Source: Bacteroidales bacterium
GTDB lineage: Bacteria; Bacteroidota; Bacteroidia; Bacteroidales; WCHB1-69
Length of the DNA: 64,000 nt
Direction: 5' to 3'
NCBI GenBank assembly: GCA_017964255.1
Contig: JAGCSI010000034.1
Coordinates: 9,992 to 73,991, forward strand
Position 1 is the stretch's first letter, and each line of letters opens with the position of its first letter. Below the pieces are notes generated by a model that was not told the origin of the DNA, searched no databases, and worked only from the letters and a program-made list of their open reading frames with translations. A program made the position numbers and the translations under genes. Of the stretch, positions 54,504 to 64,000 are shown piece after piece.

Positions 54504-56498
54504 TTAATTCTTCGAGAATTTCTTATACACTACTTCGTTATCCACGGTAGTCAGACGCATGAGGTACATGGCGTTTTCTAACTGGGCCACGGGGATAATC
54601 AGCGAGTTGTCACCGTTGGTGTTGGCGCTGTAAACCACTTTGCCTAACATGTCGATGATTTCGACTTTGCTGAGGAAGTGATCAGCGGTTTCAATATTGA
54701 TTTCGTTGTGAGCGGGATTAGGATAAATGTTGAATTCTGTTTCTGAAACCATGGAGATGCCTGTTCCGGAAGCATCTTGTTTCACAATTACTTGGAAAGA
54801 AGTGCCATCGGCTTTGTTGACAAACATATTGCAACGGCGGGTGCTGGTTGTGGGGTTTGCCTGGCAAGTCACCTGTATGGCACCGTCACCACTACCGGAT
54901 TCGTTATTCACAGTAAACCAGCTGTGATCATTTTGATAGGTCAGAGTCCATGGCTGGTCGCTGAAAACAGTGTAGTTATAATTAGCGCCATTGGCACTGA
55001 AAACGTGAGCGGCGGGCAAGACATAGAATGAACTAGTGAGGTCCAAGGTATTGCAAGTTGTTTGTGAAAGCGGAACGGGATCCAACCAAGGTTGCAGTTT
55101 TCTTTCGTTGGTAGTTCCGGCGGAAGACCAGTGGTAAGACATTTTGCCGTAGTATTCTCTGCTATTGGGGTTGGCGCAGTTAGAGTTGCCACCGGTAAGG
55201 GTGCCGACTACCAATCCATTAGAGTTGAACAGGGGTGAACCTGAGGAACCTCCTTCTGTGTCACTTCTGCCATGAGCAGTGGTAGCCCATGGAACTACCC
55301 AATACGCATTGGTTGCTCCATCGTTGAAAGTGCCGGAAGTCAAGGTGGAATTATAGGTGGAAATTTTCTTCACATCACCTGCGGGGTGGTGGATACAAAC
55401 ACCTGAGGAACTGGCCGAAACGGCTTTGCTCCATCCGTTCAGCACTAAACCGTCATTTTTCAATCTGGTCCAGGCGGCGTTTTTCAATTTCAGCAACAAA
55501 AAGTCAGATCCACGATAGGTGTAAGCGCCAGAAGTGTTAGTAATGGCGATGGGGCTGCTGGCGACTTTGGTAACGCCTGAGTACGTGATCATGCCCGGCT
55601 CAGAAGTGCAAGTGCAATAAGGACATTCGTAATGGAAGTAAATTTCAAAATAATTGAAATATTGGATGGTAGTTCCTTCTGCACAGTGGTGGGCGGAAAG
55701 AAAATAGGGGGTTCCATCACCCATGGTGTTGTTGATTAATGTGCCAGAACACCAGCCTGCGGTTACTTCTCCGTCTTCTGTACCATAACAAAGCATACGT
55801 CCTACGCCTTTTTGCTGAACTCTCCAGTTGTCACCTTCAGAGCAGTTGACATTAATCTTGCAACTTTGGGCTGCTCCATAACCGGTATCACCGTCTTTGG
55901 TTCCGAAAATTCTGTTGTCGGGCAATCCTTCTGAACGATAAAAATAGGTATATCCGGCAATCAGAATGTCGGGATTCTCACTTTGGTTAAACATTTGTTT
56001 TGGAGAAACGTATTCCAGAATCACATCTCCTCCCGCGAACAATCCGCTACTGAAACCTTCTCCAGAAGGATTGTCTTCGTTGGTATAAGGACCATAAATC
56101 AAAGACTTGTCGTCGTTGTAAGCAAAGAACTGTGAGCCTTCGGGCAATTGGAAACGTTCGAAGAGTGCGCAACATCCCAATGCTTTGGCATTGTGTAATC
56201 TCAGTCGCCAGATGTCATAACCGTCATTTGTATGTTCCCAAATTCCCGCATTGTCAGTGGTAAGTTGCAAAGGCATGACAATAGCCACCTTCAAGGGAGT
56301 GCCATCCATGATGGATTTTTCCGATTTGGCTTGAAGATCCGCTAAATCGGGAGTGGCAACATCAACCTGAGGAACAGAGGCTTCAGATAATTGTGCCACA
56401 GTACTTTTGGGAAGAACACCGCTGTTCACTTGTGCGGATACCCATTGACCGATAATCAGACATAAGGCCAATAAAGAGACAGGTAGTAATTTTTTCAT
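54504..56498 (-). CDS. secreted trypsin-fold (S1-like, lysyl/glutamyl endopeptidase-like) serine protease with T9SS type-A C-terminal domain
   Basis: 664 aa with a signal peptide. His block LSAHHC and Ser block TEGGSSGSPLF. C-terminal ~80 aa (IYPNPAHNEINIE...MYLMRLTT...) look like a Por secretion tail. Confidence 0.75.
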   Translation of the reverse strand: MKKLLPVSLLALCLIIGQWVSAQVNSGVLPKSTVAQLSEASVPQVDVATPDLADLQAKSEKSIMDGTPLKVAIVMPLQLTTDNAGIWEHTNDGYDIWRLRLHNAKALGCCALFERFQLPEGSQFFAYNDDKSLIYGPYTNEDNPSGEGFSSGLFAGGDVILEYVSPKQMFNQSENPDILIAGYTYFYRSEGLPDNRIFGTKDGDTGYGAAQSCKINVNCSEGDNWRVQQKGVGRMLCYGTEDGEVTAGWCSGTLINNTMGDGTPYFLSAHHCAEGTTIQYFNYFEIYFHYECPYCTCTSEPGMITYSGVTKVASSPIAITNTSGAYTYRGSDFLLLKLKNAAWTRLKNDGLVLNGWSKAVSASSSGVCIHHPAGDVKKISTYNSTLTSGTFNDGATNAYWVVPWATTAHGRSDTEGGSSGSPLFNSNGLVVGTLTGGNSNCANPNSREYYGKMSYHWSSAGTTNERKLQPWLDPVPLSQTTCNTLDLTSSFYVLPAAHVFSANGANYNYTVFSDQPWTLTYQNDHSWFTVNNESGSGDGAIQVTCQANPTTSTRRCNMFVNKADGTSFQVIVKQDASGTGISMVSETEFNIYPNPAHNEINIETADHFLSKVEIIDMLGKVVYSANTNGDNSLIIPVAQLENAMYLMRLTTVDNEVVYKKFSKN

Positions 56499-56554
56499 AA
56501 GCTTTAATGTTATTCTATGTTACTTTCTTTTTTGAACTTTCTTTTTTGAGCCTG

Positions 56555-56562
56555 CAAATTTA
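56555..56562 (-). promoter_or_regulatory. Bacteroidota -7 box (TAaaTTTG on minus strand) for the protease gene
   Basis: caaattta lies 57 nt upstream of the ATG at 56498. Confidence 0.45.
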
Positions 56563-56614
56563 TCACTTTTTTTTGGATTTTTCATACGGAGGATGAAATA
56601 TTAAATTTTTTTTG

Positions 56615-56622
56615 TATTTTTG
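56615..56622 (+). promoter_or_regulatory. Bacteroidota -7 box (TAttTTTG) for rho
   Basis: tatttttg lies about 110 nt upstream of the rho ATG. The leader contains a hairpin agcggt...accgct. Confidence 0.5.
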
Positions 56623-56730
56623 CAGCGGTTTTGCAGGTGGTTGTTTACCGCTAAGAATTGCTGGATGCAAGGGCAAAATCTTCTCAGGAAAATTTTTTAA
56701 CAAACGAAATCAGCATTTACTTTATTTTTT

Positions 56731-58500
56731 ATGGAGAACTCTCTTGAAAAGAAATCGAAAAGAAAACGTATTTCTGTCCCCGGAAAGGGTCCAGTAGCTA
56801 CTTCAAATGTCAAAAAGATTTCATCGGGAATGCTTGTCGCAAATGAAATTAAACCCGAGGAAAACCAGCCTTTGACAGAGGGTGTCATGGAAAATGGATT
56901 GACGCAGAATGCGAACGATAATATATCAGATATTGATAGTCAAATTATTGTAAATCAAGAAAATCCTGTGCGGGTGGAAAAAGTTGAGACAAAAGGGAAA
57001 AAGTCTAGAAGAACCAGAAAAAAGGAGGTACAGCCACAATTGGATTTGACTTTGGATGATAATGTGGAAATGTCAGTGGTGGAGGCTATCCCCAAAAAGG
57101 GTGCTTCGCGTAGGAAAACAAAAGCAAAAGCCAATGATGAGGATAAAACCGCTGACATTCTGGCATTGAATGATATATTGCTGGACGATGATTCTTTCAT
57201 AAATGACATTACAGAGCCTGCCGAATTTGCAAATCAAGTTCCTGTGATGGAGGAAAATGAAGCTGATGAGACAGAAGAGGATGTGGATGTGACAGAGACG
57301 TCAAAAGAGAAAGCTCAGAAAATTCCCGAAAAACCGACAGTGTTTGATGAACAGTGGGGTATAGTGGCTAATGCCAATTATGACGGCTCCGTGACAGCAG
57401 AAGGTGTGCTGGAAATTAATGCCGACAACTCCTGCGGTTTTCTCCGATCTTCAGATTATAATTATTTGTCCTCCCCAGATGATATATATGTATCTCCTTC
57501 TCAGATTAAGCTGTTCGGCCTGAAGAATGGAGATACCATCAAAGGGGCCATCCGTCCGCCGAAAGAAGGAGAGAAATTTTTTCCATTAACAAAAATTGAA
57601 AAAATCAATGGTCGTAATCCTGAGGAAATTCGAGACCGTGTGCCGTTCGACTACCTTACTCCGATGTTCCCGGATAAGAAAATCCGCTTGACAGGCCATC
57701 AAGGTGAGACTTTGAGTACCCGTGTCATCGATTTGTTCGCCCCAATCGGAAAAGGACAGCGTGGTTTGATTGTGGCCCAGCCGAAAACCGGTAAAACAGT
57801 GTTGCTGAAAGAGATAGCTAATGCTATTGCCGCCAACCACCCTGAAATATACTTGATTATCCTCCTGATTGATGAGCGTCCGGAAGAGGTGACCGACATG
57901 CAGCGCAGCGTGAATGCTGAGGTGATTTCCTCTACTTTTGACGAACCAGCGGAACGTCATGTGCGCATCGCCAACATGGTGCTCGAGAAAGCCAAGCGTA
58001 TGGTGGAATGCGGTCACGATGTGTGCATCTTGTTAGACTCTATCACTCGTTTGGCCAGAGCATTTAACACGATGGCACCGGCGTCGGGCAAGGTGTTGTC
58101 GGGTGGTGTGGAAGCTAACGCTTTGCAAAAGCCCAAACGTTTCTTCGGTGCGGCACGTAATATCGAAAATGGTGGTTCACTGACGATTATCTCCACCGCA
58201 TTGATTGAAACGGGCTCCCGTATGGATGAGGTAATCTTCGAGGAATTCAAGGGTACCGGTAATATGGAATTGCAGTTGGATAGAAAGTTGTCCAACAAGC
58301 GTATCTATCCAGCTGTGGATATCGTGGCTTCGAGTACACGTCGCGATGATTTGCTGCAACCGCAGGAAGTATTGCAGAAAGTTTGGATTCTGAGAAATCA
58401 TCTGGCCGATATGACTACATTGGAAGCCATGACTTTCTTGAAGGAAAGAATGGAAAATACTCGCAGCAACGAGGAATTCCTTATTTCAATGAATGGTTAA
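56731..58500 (+). CDS. rho: transcription termination factor Rho with long N-terminal low-complexity insertion
   Basis: 589 aa. About the first 200 aa are Lys/Glu/Asp-rich and low-complexity. The canonical Rho core follows (Walker A AQPKTGKT; [10 protein letters not shown]). Confidence 0.9.
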   Translation: MENSLEKKSKRKRISVPGKGPVATSNVKKISSGMLVANEIKPEENQPLTEGVMENGLTQNANDNISDIDSQIIVNQENPVRVEKVETKGKKSRRTRKKEVQPQLDLTLDDNVEMSVVEAIPKKGASRRKTKAKANDEDKTADILALNDILLDDDSFINDITEPAEFANQVPVMEENEADETEEDVDVTETSKEKAQKIPEKPTVFDEQWGIVANANYDGSVTAEGVLEINADNSCGFLRSSDYNYLSSPDDIYVSPSQIKLFGLKNGDTIKGAIRPPKEGEKFFPLTKIEKINGRNPEEIRDRVPFDYLTPMFPDKKIRLTGHQGETLSTRVIDLFAPIGKGQRGLIVAQPKTGKTVLLKEIANAIAANHPEIYLIILLIDERPEEVTDMQRSVNAEVISSTFDEPAERHVRIANMVLEKAKRMVECGHDVCILLDSITRLARAFNTMAPASGKVLSGGVEANALQKPKRFFGAARNIENGGSLTIISTALIETGSRMDEVIFEEFKGTGNMELQLDRKLSNKRIYPAVDIVASSTRRDDLLQPQEVLQKVWILRNHLADMTTLEAMTFLKERMENTRSNEEFLISMNG

Positions 58501-58547
58501 TAGCTGATTATGTTTTAGCTGGCAGTCTGAGAGGATTGCCAGCAAGA

Positions 58548-59291
58548 TTATCGGGTGAGTTGGCGGAATAATTCCTCCATCTCCAAGTTTGTGGCGCGCT
58601 CTTCTTGCCGCTTGAAGCCCATCTTTTCGGTCATCTTTCTGATGTCGTCAATCTTGGCGTCAGCAACAATTTTGCCTTTGTTGATGATGATGATGCGGTC
58701 GCAAACGGCTTCCACTTCCTGCATGATGTGGGTGGACAACAATACGGTTTTGGTTTTGCCGCATTTTTTGATGAGTTCGCGGATCTCCACCAATTGGTTG
58801 GGGTCGAGACCTGTGGTGGGCTCGTCCAAAATCAGCACTTCAGGGTCGTGGATGAGGGCTTGGGCAATGCCCACACGTTGCTTGTAACCACGCGACAAGG
58901 CTCCGATTTTCTTGTGCATCTCAGGGGAAAGACCGGTCAGTTGGATAATGTGTTCCACTTTTGCCTTTTTGTCTTTCAGCTGATGAATGCCTGCAATGAA
59001 TTCCAGAAATTCACGCACATACATGTCGTAGTACAAGGGATTGGCCTCGGACAGGTAGCCCACTTTTTTGCGCAGTTCCAACGAATCGTTCCAGATGTCC
59101 AGACCGCACACTTCCACATCGCCTTTAGTGGGGGGGATGAAGGAGGTGATGATTTTCATCATGGTGGATTTGCCGGCTCCGTTGGGACCTAAAAAGCCCA
59201 CAATCTCTCCTTTTTTGATTTCAAAACTGACATCGTCTAGGGCATACTGGGTGCCGAAAACCTTGGAAACATGATGAACTGCGATGGACAT
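58548..59291 (-). CDS. ABC transporter ATP-binding protein (ABC-2/GldA-like subfamily)
   Basis: 247 aa. Walker A GPNGAGKST, signature LSRGYKQR, Walker B LILDEP. No permease gene is adjacent. Confidence 0.85.
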   Translation of the reverse strand: MSIAVHHVSKVFGTQYALDDVSFEIKKGEIVGFLGPNGAGKSTMMKIITSFIPPTKGDVEVCGLDIWNDSLELRKKVGYLSEANPLYYDMYVREFLEFIAGIHQLKDKKAKVEHIIQLTGLSPEMHKKIGALSRGYKQRVGIAQALIHDPEVLILDEPTTGLDPNQLVEIRELIKKCGKTKTVLLSTHIMQEVEAVCDRIIIINKGKIVADAKIDDIRKMTEKMGFKRQEERATNLEMEELFRQLTR

Positions 59292-59337
59292 GACCTATGA
59301 TATATTGTTGGTTGTTGTTGCTTGATTTATCGGAGGG

Positions 59338-59345
59338 CAAAAATA
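59338..59345 (-). promoter_or_regulatory. Bacteroidota -7 box (TAttTTTG on minus strand)
   Basis: caaaaata lies 47 nt upstream of the ATG at 59291. Confidence 0.5.
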
Positions 59346-59348
59346 CAA

Positions 59349-59388
59349 ATTAATTAGCAAATTAGCAAATTAGCCAATGAGCAAATTA
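59349..59388. repeat. AATTAGCA-type octamer tract abutting the TolC stop
   Basis: taattagc aaattagc aaattagc caatgagc aaattatt, then the stop tta (59389-59391). Confidence 0.8.
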
Positions 59389-60720
59389 TTATTCATTATT
59401 TCCGCTCCGGTAAAACTCCAACAACTGCACTTTGTAGATGTAGTCGTATTGTGCTTGTACTAAGTCGGAAGACGCTTTCAGATAGTTGTTCTTGGCTTCG
59501 TTGAATTCGGTAAGGGTGACTTTGCCGTTCTCATAGCGGGCTTTCTCCAAAAGGAAAGCTTCTTCGGAGCTTTCCGCCGCTATCTTGCTGCTCTTGTATT
59601 TGTCGCGTGCGCTCACAGCTCCGTAATAGGCCTGTTGGATTTCTTTATACAGCGTCTTCTTTACATTGTCCAGCTGCAATTGCTGACTGCTGAGTTGCAG
59701 TTTGGCGCTGCGCACATTGTTGCGGGTCACCAATTTGTCGAAGATAGGGATGTACAGCGAGAATCCTAGATAGGGACTGAAGTTGTCCTTGAGTTGTTGC
59801 CCGAATGATTTGTTTTGATAGCCCAGCAACGCATAATAATTGGTGCCGATGCCACCATTCATCGACAAAGTGGGAATATAGCCGCTTTTGGCCAAGGCAA
59901 TGTTGGTTTTAGCATAATCATAGCGGATTTCCTCTGCCTTAATGGCTGGTCTGACACCGACGGCTTGAGCATATACCTGTTCAGGGTTGGGCAGGGCATT
60001 GACCGTAAAGTTCGAGATGTCCAAAGGGGCGATGGAAAAGCCTTCGGGACTATTCAGTTCCAACAGCTGAGAAAGCTCCAGTAAGTCCAGTTTCAGTTGG
60101 TTGGCAGCTTGCGTATAGGTGAGCTGGCTTTGGGCCAGTGTGGACCTTTGGGCGGCGACCTCCGCAGACCCTGCTTTTCCTGCTTTTTCCATGGCTTGAA
60201 GCCGCTCCAGCTGCATGGAGTCGATGCTGATTTGCTCCGCTGCTACCTTGCTGATTTCCATGTCATACAGAATTTGTGTGAAGGCTTGCATCACCGCAAT
60301 GCGGATGTCGTCTTTGGCTTTTTCGTAGTCGGCGGTGGCGGCCTGCAGATTGAGTTTGCCCATCGTGATGTTGTTCTTGACCCTCAAACCTGTGAACAAG
60401 TCCAAACTTCCGCCAATGCTGAAAGAAGTGTTGGCGGTGTTGTTCATGGTGTAGGTATTGTCCTCCGACAGACCACGACCGAAGTTAAACCCTTGGCTTC
60501 CATTGGCTTGTAAAGACGGCCATACGCTGTTGCGGGCAGTGTTCAGCTCGATGGAACGCTGTTGGCAGGTGTTTTGGCTTTGTTTTATGCTGATGTTATG
60601 CTCCAAGGCATATTGGATACAGTCGTCCAGTGTCCATGGACCTTTGTTTGTAGTGTTGTCCTGCCCATGTACAAAAAGCAGGCCACAACTCATCAGAAAA
60701 CAGAACAGTATTTTTTTCAT
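59389..60720 (-). CDS. TolC-family outer membrane efflux protein
   Basis: 443 aa with a signal peptide. Two-repeat TolC-like pattern (WTLDDCIQYALEHN...); last gene of the efflux operon. Confidence 0.85.
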   Translation of the reverse strand: MKKILFCFLMSCGLLFVHGQDNTTNKGPWTLDDCIQYALEHNISIKQSQNTCQQRSIELNTARNSVWPSLQANGSQGFNFGRGLSEDNTYTMNNTANTSFSIGGSLDLFTGLRVKNNITMGKLNLQAATADYEKAKDDIRIAVMQAFTQILYDMEISKVAAEQISIDSMQLERLQAMEKAGKAGSAEVAAQRSTLAQSQLTYTQAANQLKLDLLELSQLLELNSPEGFSIAPLDISNFTVNALPNPEQVYAQAVGVRPAIKAEEIRYDYAKTNIALAKSGYIPTLSMNGGIGTNYYALLGYQNKSFGQQLKDNFSPYLGFSLYIPIFDKLVTRNNVRSAKLQLSSQQLQLDNVKKTLYKEIQQAYYGAVSARDKYKSSKIAAESSEEAFLLEKARYENGKVTLTEFNEAKNNYLKASSDLVQAQYDYIYKVQLLEFYRSGNNE

Positions 60721-60726
60721 GGCTTA

Positions 60727-61818
60727 TTATTTATCGAAGATGATTTGTGAACCTCTGACCTTATCGCCTTCTTTCAACCCATTGGTAATTTGGATATTGA
60801 TGCCATCGCTCAAACCTGTGGTGACAGCCTGTCGGGTGAAGTTGCCATCCTTTTTGACATAGACAAAGGTGGAATCCCCTTCAAATTCGAGGGCACTTTC
60901 GGGAATGGCCAATACATCGGTGGCCTGTTCAAGAATGATTTTGGCGTTGGCACTGTAGCCGGAACGTATTTTGTGCTCTTTCTGCGGTAACACAGCGGCC
61001 TTAATCTCAAATTTGTTGGTACCGTTACTCTCGGTCGCCTTGGGTGCGATGTATTCCAAAGTGGCTTCAAAACTCAGGTTTTGCAAGGCCCCGATGGTGA
61101 TAATCAGCGGCATGCCTTCCTGTAGTGTGCCCACTTCGGTTTCGTCCACACTGCCCGTGAAAATCAGGTCGTTCATATTGGCAATGGTGGCCACGGTGGT
61201 GCCGTCGTTGAGGGTATTGGCCTGGATGACGGAGTTACCCACCTTGACAGGAACATCCAGAATCAGTCCCGAAATGGTGGAGCGCACCAGGGTAGAGCTG
61301 GAGGTGGCGTTGGTGGAGGACACGCCATCGCGGATAATCTCCAAAGCGTCTTGGGCTGCCGATTTCTCCTCTCGGGCCTGATTCAGTAATTGTGTGGTTT
61401 TCTCAAAGGATTCCTGGCTGATCAGCTTCTGGTCGTATAGCATTTTTTCCCGCTTGTAATTGCTCAAAGACTGTTCGTAGTTGATTTCCGCCAGTCGGAC
61501 ACGGCTTTGGGCCGCACTCAGCGAGTTCATGTCGGGAATCACCTTCAGTTTGGCAATCACCTCGTTTTCTTTCACTTCCTGTCCCGCTTCCTTGTATAAT
61601 TCGGCGATGATGCCGTTGATTTGCGGCTTGATGGCCACCTCGTTGCGGGGACTGATTTTGCCGGTAATCAAAGCTTCCCGCTGGATATCCATCTTCGCTA
61701 CCTCGTATTCGTTATACTGAATTTCTTTTTTTCTGGATTTCTGGAACAGAAAAACGAAAGTGCCGATAAAAATCAGGCCAATCAGCGTGAAAATGATAAT
61801 TTTGAGTCCCTTTTTCAT
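60727..61818 (-). CDS. efflux transporter periplasmic adaptor subunit (HlyD/MacA family)
   Basis: 363 aa. N-terminal anchor, a coiled-coil hairpin region, and barrel-sandwich/beta-barrel segments. It lies between the permease and TolC genes. Confidence 0.85.
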   Translation of the reverse strand: MKKGLKIIIFTLIGLIFIGTFVFLFQKSRKKEIQYNEYEVAKMDIQREALITGKISPRNEVAIKPQINGIIAELYKEAGQEVKENEVIAKLKVIPDMNSLSAAQSRVRLAEINYEQSLSNYKREKMLYDQKLISQESFEKTTQLLNQAREEKSAAQDALEIIRDGVSSTNATSSSTLVRSTISGLILDVPVKVGNSVIQANTLNDGTTVATIANMNDLIFTGSVDETEVGTLQEGMPLIITIGALQNLSFEATLEYIAPKATESNGTNKFEIKAAVLPQKEHKIRSGYSANAKIILEQATDVLAIPESALEFEGDSTFVYVKKDGNFTRQAVTTGLSDGINIQITNGLKEGDKVRGSQIIFDK

Positions 61819-61843
61819 GATATGATGTTTTATTTATTTTTGA

Positions 61844-61947
61844 ATCGTTTATACGGTTATACGTTAAGGCGTTAAGACGACATTATTCATTTTTTCTGTT
61901 TTTCCGAACGAACGTAGTGAGTGTCTCCACGCTTCCACGTCTTAACG
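61844..61947 (-). repeat. family-A composite intergenic element, copy 3 (short form)
   Basis: cgttaagacg (61870-61879) and its exact reverse complement cgtcttaacg (61938-61947). Contains gtgtctccacgcttccacg. It lies between the permease stop (61957) and the adaptor start (61818). Confidence 0.8.
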
Positions 61948-61956
61948 TTTCTATTT

Positions 61957-63189
61957 CTATTCATCTCTCATCGCATCTACAGGTTTTATATGCATGGCTC
62001 GGTAGGCAGGGGCGATGCCCGCTAACATGCCGAGAATAGTAAGCAGGAAAAATGCTGCCATGGCTGTGCCAAAGTTAATCTGGAAGGCGGTTTCGTGGTG
62101 CGCGATCACTTCAAGCGCATTCAGCATGAATACCGAAAACACAATGGCCGACAGTCCCGCAACCAAAGTGAGTACGATGCCTTCCATGACAATCTGGAAC
62201 AGAATGTCGAAAGGTGTGGCTCCAATAGCTCTGCGGATGCCGATTTCGATGGTGCGCTCTTTCACCACCACCATCATGATGTTGCTTACTCCGATGGCAC
62301 CGGCCAGCAAAGTGCCGATACCTACTAACCATATTAAAAAGTTTACACCTTTGAAAAGGTTGTCTATTATCTTGAAAATTGGTTCCATGTTGAGCATGAA
62401 AAGTGCCTCGTCATCGTCGGGGGCAATGGTATGCTTGCGGTAAACAGCTTGGCGGATGCGGGGTTCCATGTCACTCATCTTCACACCGTCTCGTCCCACC
62501 ATGCAAATCATTCCTACTGCATCTCCCGTATTGAGAATGTCACGTAAAACTGTAATAGGCACGGTAACACTTTCTTCGCTTCGGCCATTGATGTTGATGT
62601 TGGAGCTGCTATAATTCACTCCAATCACTTGATAATAAACAGAGTTTACACAGATGAACTGTCCGCAGGGGTCACCACCTTCCGGAAACAGCGATTGGTA
62701 AATCTGTTTGCCGATGACACATACCTTCCGGTGCTGTTGTATATCCACATTGTTGAGGTAACGTCCATATTTCAGTACCGGGGTTTCCACATACTGGTAG
62801 TCGGCGTCTGCTCCCAGCATATTGCTGTTGACCGAATATCCCTCGTTGACAGCTACTGTGCCCCATTGTGACAACTGCGGAGTGACGATGGACAACTCGG
62901 GAAACAGATGTTTCAGCCGTTCTACGTCTTTAAACTCCAATTGCCAGTAACGTCCTTCCTCGAAACCCTTGTATGGCTTACCTGTCTGGCCCGCCCCCAT
63001 AATGATGGTGTTGGTGGCGAAACCCGAGAAATTCTTGGACAACAGGGCTTTCAATCCGTTTCCGCCTCCGATGAGGAACAACAGCATGAACAAGCCCCAA
63101 AAGATGCCGAAACCGGTGAGGAAACTTCGCCGTTTGTTCCGCATCAGCGAGTCAGAGATTTCTTTGTAACTGTCCAGGTCGAATTTCAT
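61957..63189 (-). CDS. ABC transporter permease (MacB/FtsX family)
   Basis: 410 aa. N-terminal TM, a large periplasmic domain, and a C-terminal three-TM FtsX domain. Confidence 0.85.
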   Translation of the reverse strand: MKFDLDSYKEISDSLMRNKRRSFLTGFGIFWGLFMLLFLIGGGNGLKALLSKNFSGFATNTIIMGAGQTGKPYKGFEEGRYWQLEFKDVERLKHLFPELSIVTPQLSQWGTVAVNEGYSVNSNMLGADADYQYVETPVLKYGRYLNNVDIQQHRKVCVIGKQIYQSLFPEGGDPCGQFICVNSVYYQVIGVNYSSSNININGRSEESVTVPITVLRDILNTGDAVGMICMVGRDGVKMSDMEPRIRQAVYRKHTIAPDDDEALFMLNMEPIFKIIDNLFKGVNFLIWLVGIGTLLAGAIGVSNIMMVVVKERTIEIGIRRAIGATPFDILFQIVMEGIVLTLVAGLSAIVFSVFMLNALEVIAHHETAFQINFGTAMAAFFLLTILGMLAGIAPAYRAMHIKPVDAMRDE

Positions 63190-63218
63190 TACTGTTGAAT
63201 TGTTGAGTTGTTTATTTT

Positions 63219-63272
63219 GCTATGGGCTGTGAGCTATGGGGTGTGAGCTCATCGCTCATCGCCCACAGCTTC
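63219..63272. repeat. GCTRTGR/GCTCATC heptamer tract filling the gap between the two permease genes
   Basis: gctatgg gctgtga gctatgg ggtgtga gctcatc gctcatc gcccaca gcttctc, running into the stop at 63273-63275. The two halves are imperfect reverse complements of each other. Confidence 0.8.
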
Positions 63273-64000
63273 TCATTCATTTCTAAGTGCTTCTATCGGT
63301 CGTATGCGTGCTGCTTTCAGGGCGGGGGAGAGTCCGGCAATGGTGCCGGCGATAATCAGTACAAGTGTCACTCCGAAAGCTACATCCAAGCCTACCGTAG
63401 GGTCAACAAACACACTGACTTTTTCTCCGAACATCTCCAACGAGGATTTCCCCACGGTGGCGTCCATGATTTCGCAGGCCACCAGCCCGAGAATCATGCC
63501 AATATAGCCAAATAGTGCTGTGATGGTCACACTTTCGGCCACAATGAGTTTCATGATGGAACTCGGCGTGGCGCCAATGGCTTTGCGGATGCCGAATTCG
63601 TGTGTTCTTTCTTTCACCGTAATCAGCATGATGTTCGATACTCCGACTATGCCGCCCAGAAGTGTTAAGATTCCGATAATCCATAAAGCTTTGCTCAAAA
63701 TACTGGTGCCTTTGTTCATCTGCATGTTCTGGGTGAAACGGTTCCAGATCCAAATGGCTCCGTCGTCGTTGGGGGCAGCACGGTGCGATTGGTTGAGCAC
63801 CGCTCTGTATTGCCGCTCAAACTCCTCATTTTCTTGTTCGGTGTTCAAACCATGGAAGGTAAATATGATGTGGTCTTCGTAATTGTAGTTGTTGGTAAGC
63901 ATCTGCATGGTGGTGAACGGAACATAAACATCGTTGTTGCGCATGTTGTCCTGTGCTTTGTAGATGCCCACAATCTTATACATTGAGTTTCCTATTTTCA
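63273..64000 (-). CDS. ABC transporter permease (MacB/FtsX family), C-terminal part; continues beyond window
   Basis: The frame stays open upstream of the Met at 63983 to the window edge (..KIGNSMYKIVGIYK). An FtsX three-TM domain is present. Confidence 0.8.
   Translation of the reverse strand, partial: KIGNSMYKIVGIYKAQDNMRNNDVYVPFTTMQMLTNNYNYEDHIIFTFHGLNTEQENEEFERQYRAVLNQSHRAAPNDDGAIWIWNRFTQNMQMNKGTSILSKALWIIGILTLLGGIVGVSNIMLITVKERTHEFGIRKAIGATPSSIMKLIVAESVTITALFGYIGMILGLVACEIMDATVGKSSLEMFGEKVSVFVDPTVGLDVAFGVTLVLIIAGTIAGLSPALKAARIRPIEALRNE

Noticed and set aside
63219-63272. Long hairpin between the two permease genes acting as an intrinsic terminator
   Set aside because: The two halves are only imperfect reverse complements with several non-wobble mismatches and no U-run. 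The tract sits inside an operon. It fits the heptamer-tract family better than a terminator.

Overview
This looks like a Bacteroidota chromosome segment. TAnnTTTG -7 promoter boxes sit 10-80 nt upstream of most gene starts, Shine-Dalgarno sequences are scarce, and both T9SS C-terminal sorting-domain classes are present. I call about 50 protein genes and one tRNA-Phe. No rRNA, CRISPR array, integrase, transposase or phage gene is visible. Most of the window is housekeeping: an ADP-forming acyl-CoA synthetase, a phosphohexomutase, a dcw block (mraZ-rsmH-ftsL-ftsI-murE-mraY-murD remnant-ftsW), azlCD, an EnvC-like M23 protein, engB, nadB, a threonine aldolase, upp, the methylmalonyl-CoA mutase large subunit, a fatty-acyl-CoA ligase, class II RNR, tilS, sufS, rho, and a MacAB/TolC-type efflux operon. 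The clear accessory block is 29.1-39.8 kb. It holds three tandem ~950-aa paralogous surface proteins (CUB-like + P-domain + PKD + T9SS type-B CTD), a co-transcribed 150-aa secreted protein, an unlisted 54-aa Cys-rich lipoprotein-like ORF, and a DoxX/MauE-thioredoxin fusion. Six observations stand out. (1) Intergenic DNA is assembled from a small vocabulary of repeat modules, and degenerate 7- or 8-nt-period tandem tracts butt directly against about a dozen stop codons. (2) A 100-200 bp composite element bounded by CGTTAAGACG/CGTCTTAACG sits inside three operons. (3) A 28-bp perfect palindrome family has one copy inserted in-frame in murE. (4) murD is reduced to a C-terminal-domain remnant and the dcw cluster stops after ftsW. 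(5) Five phased 20-bp direct repeats precede a membrane LytTR gene that appears co-transcribed with an orphan beta-class DNA methyltransferase. (6) The type-B CTD cargo genes have no porP/sprF-like partner in the window. I cannot name a complete novel multi-gene system with confidence. All functional calls rest on motif and architecture recognition by eye, and no database search was run.
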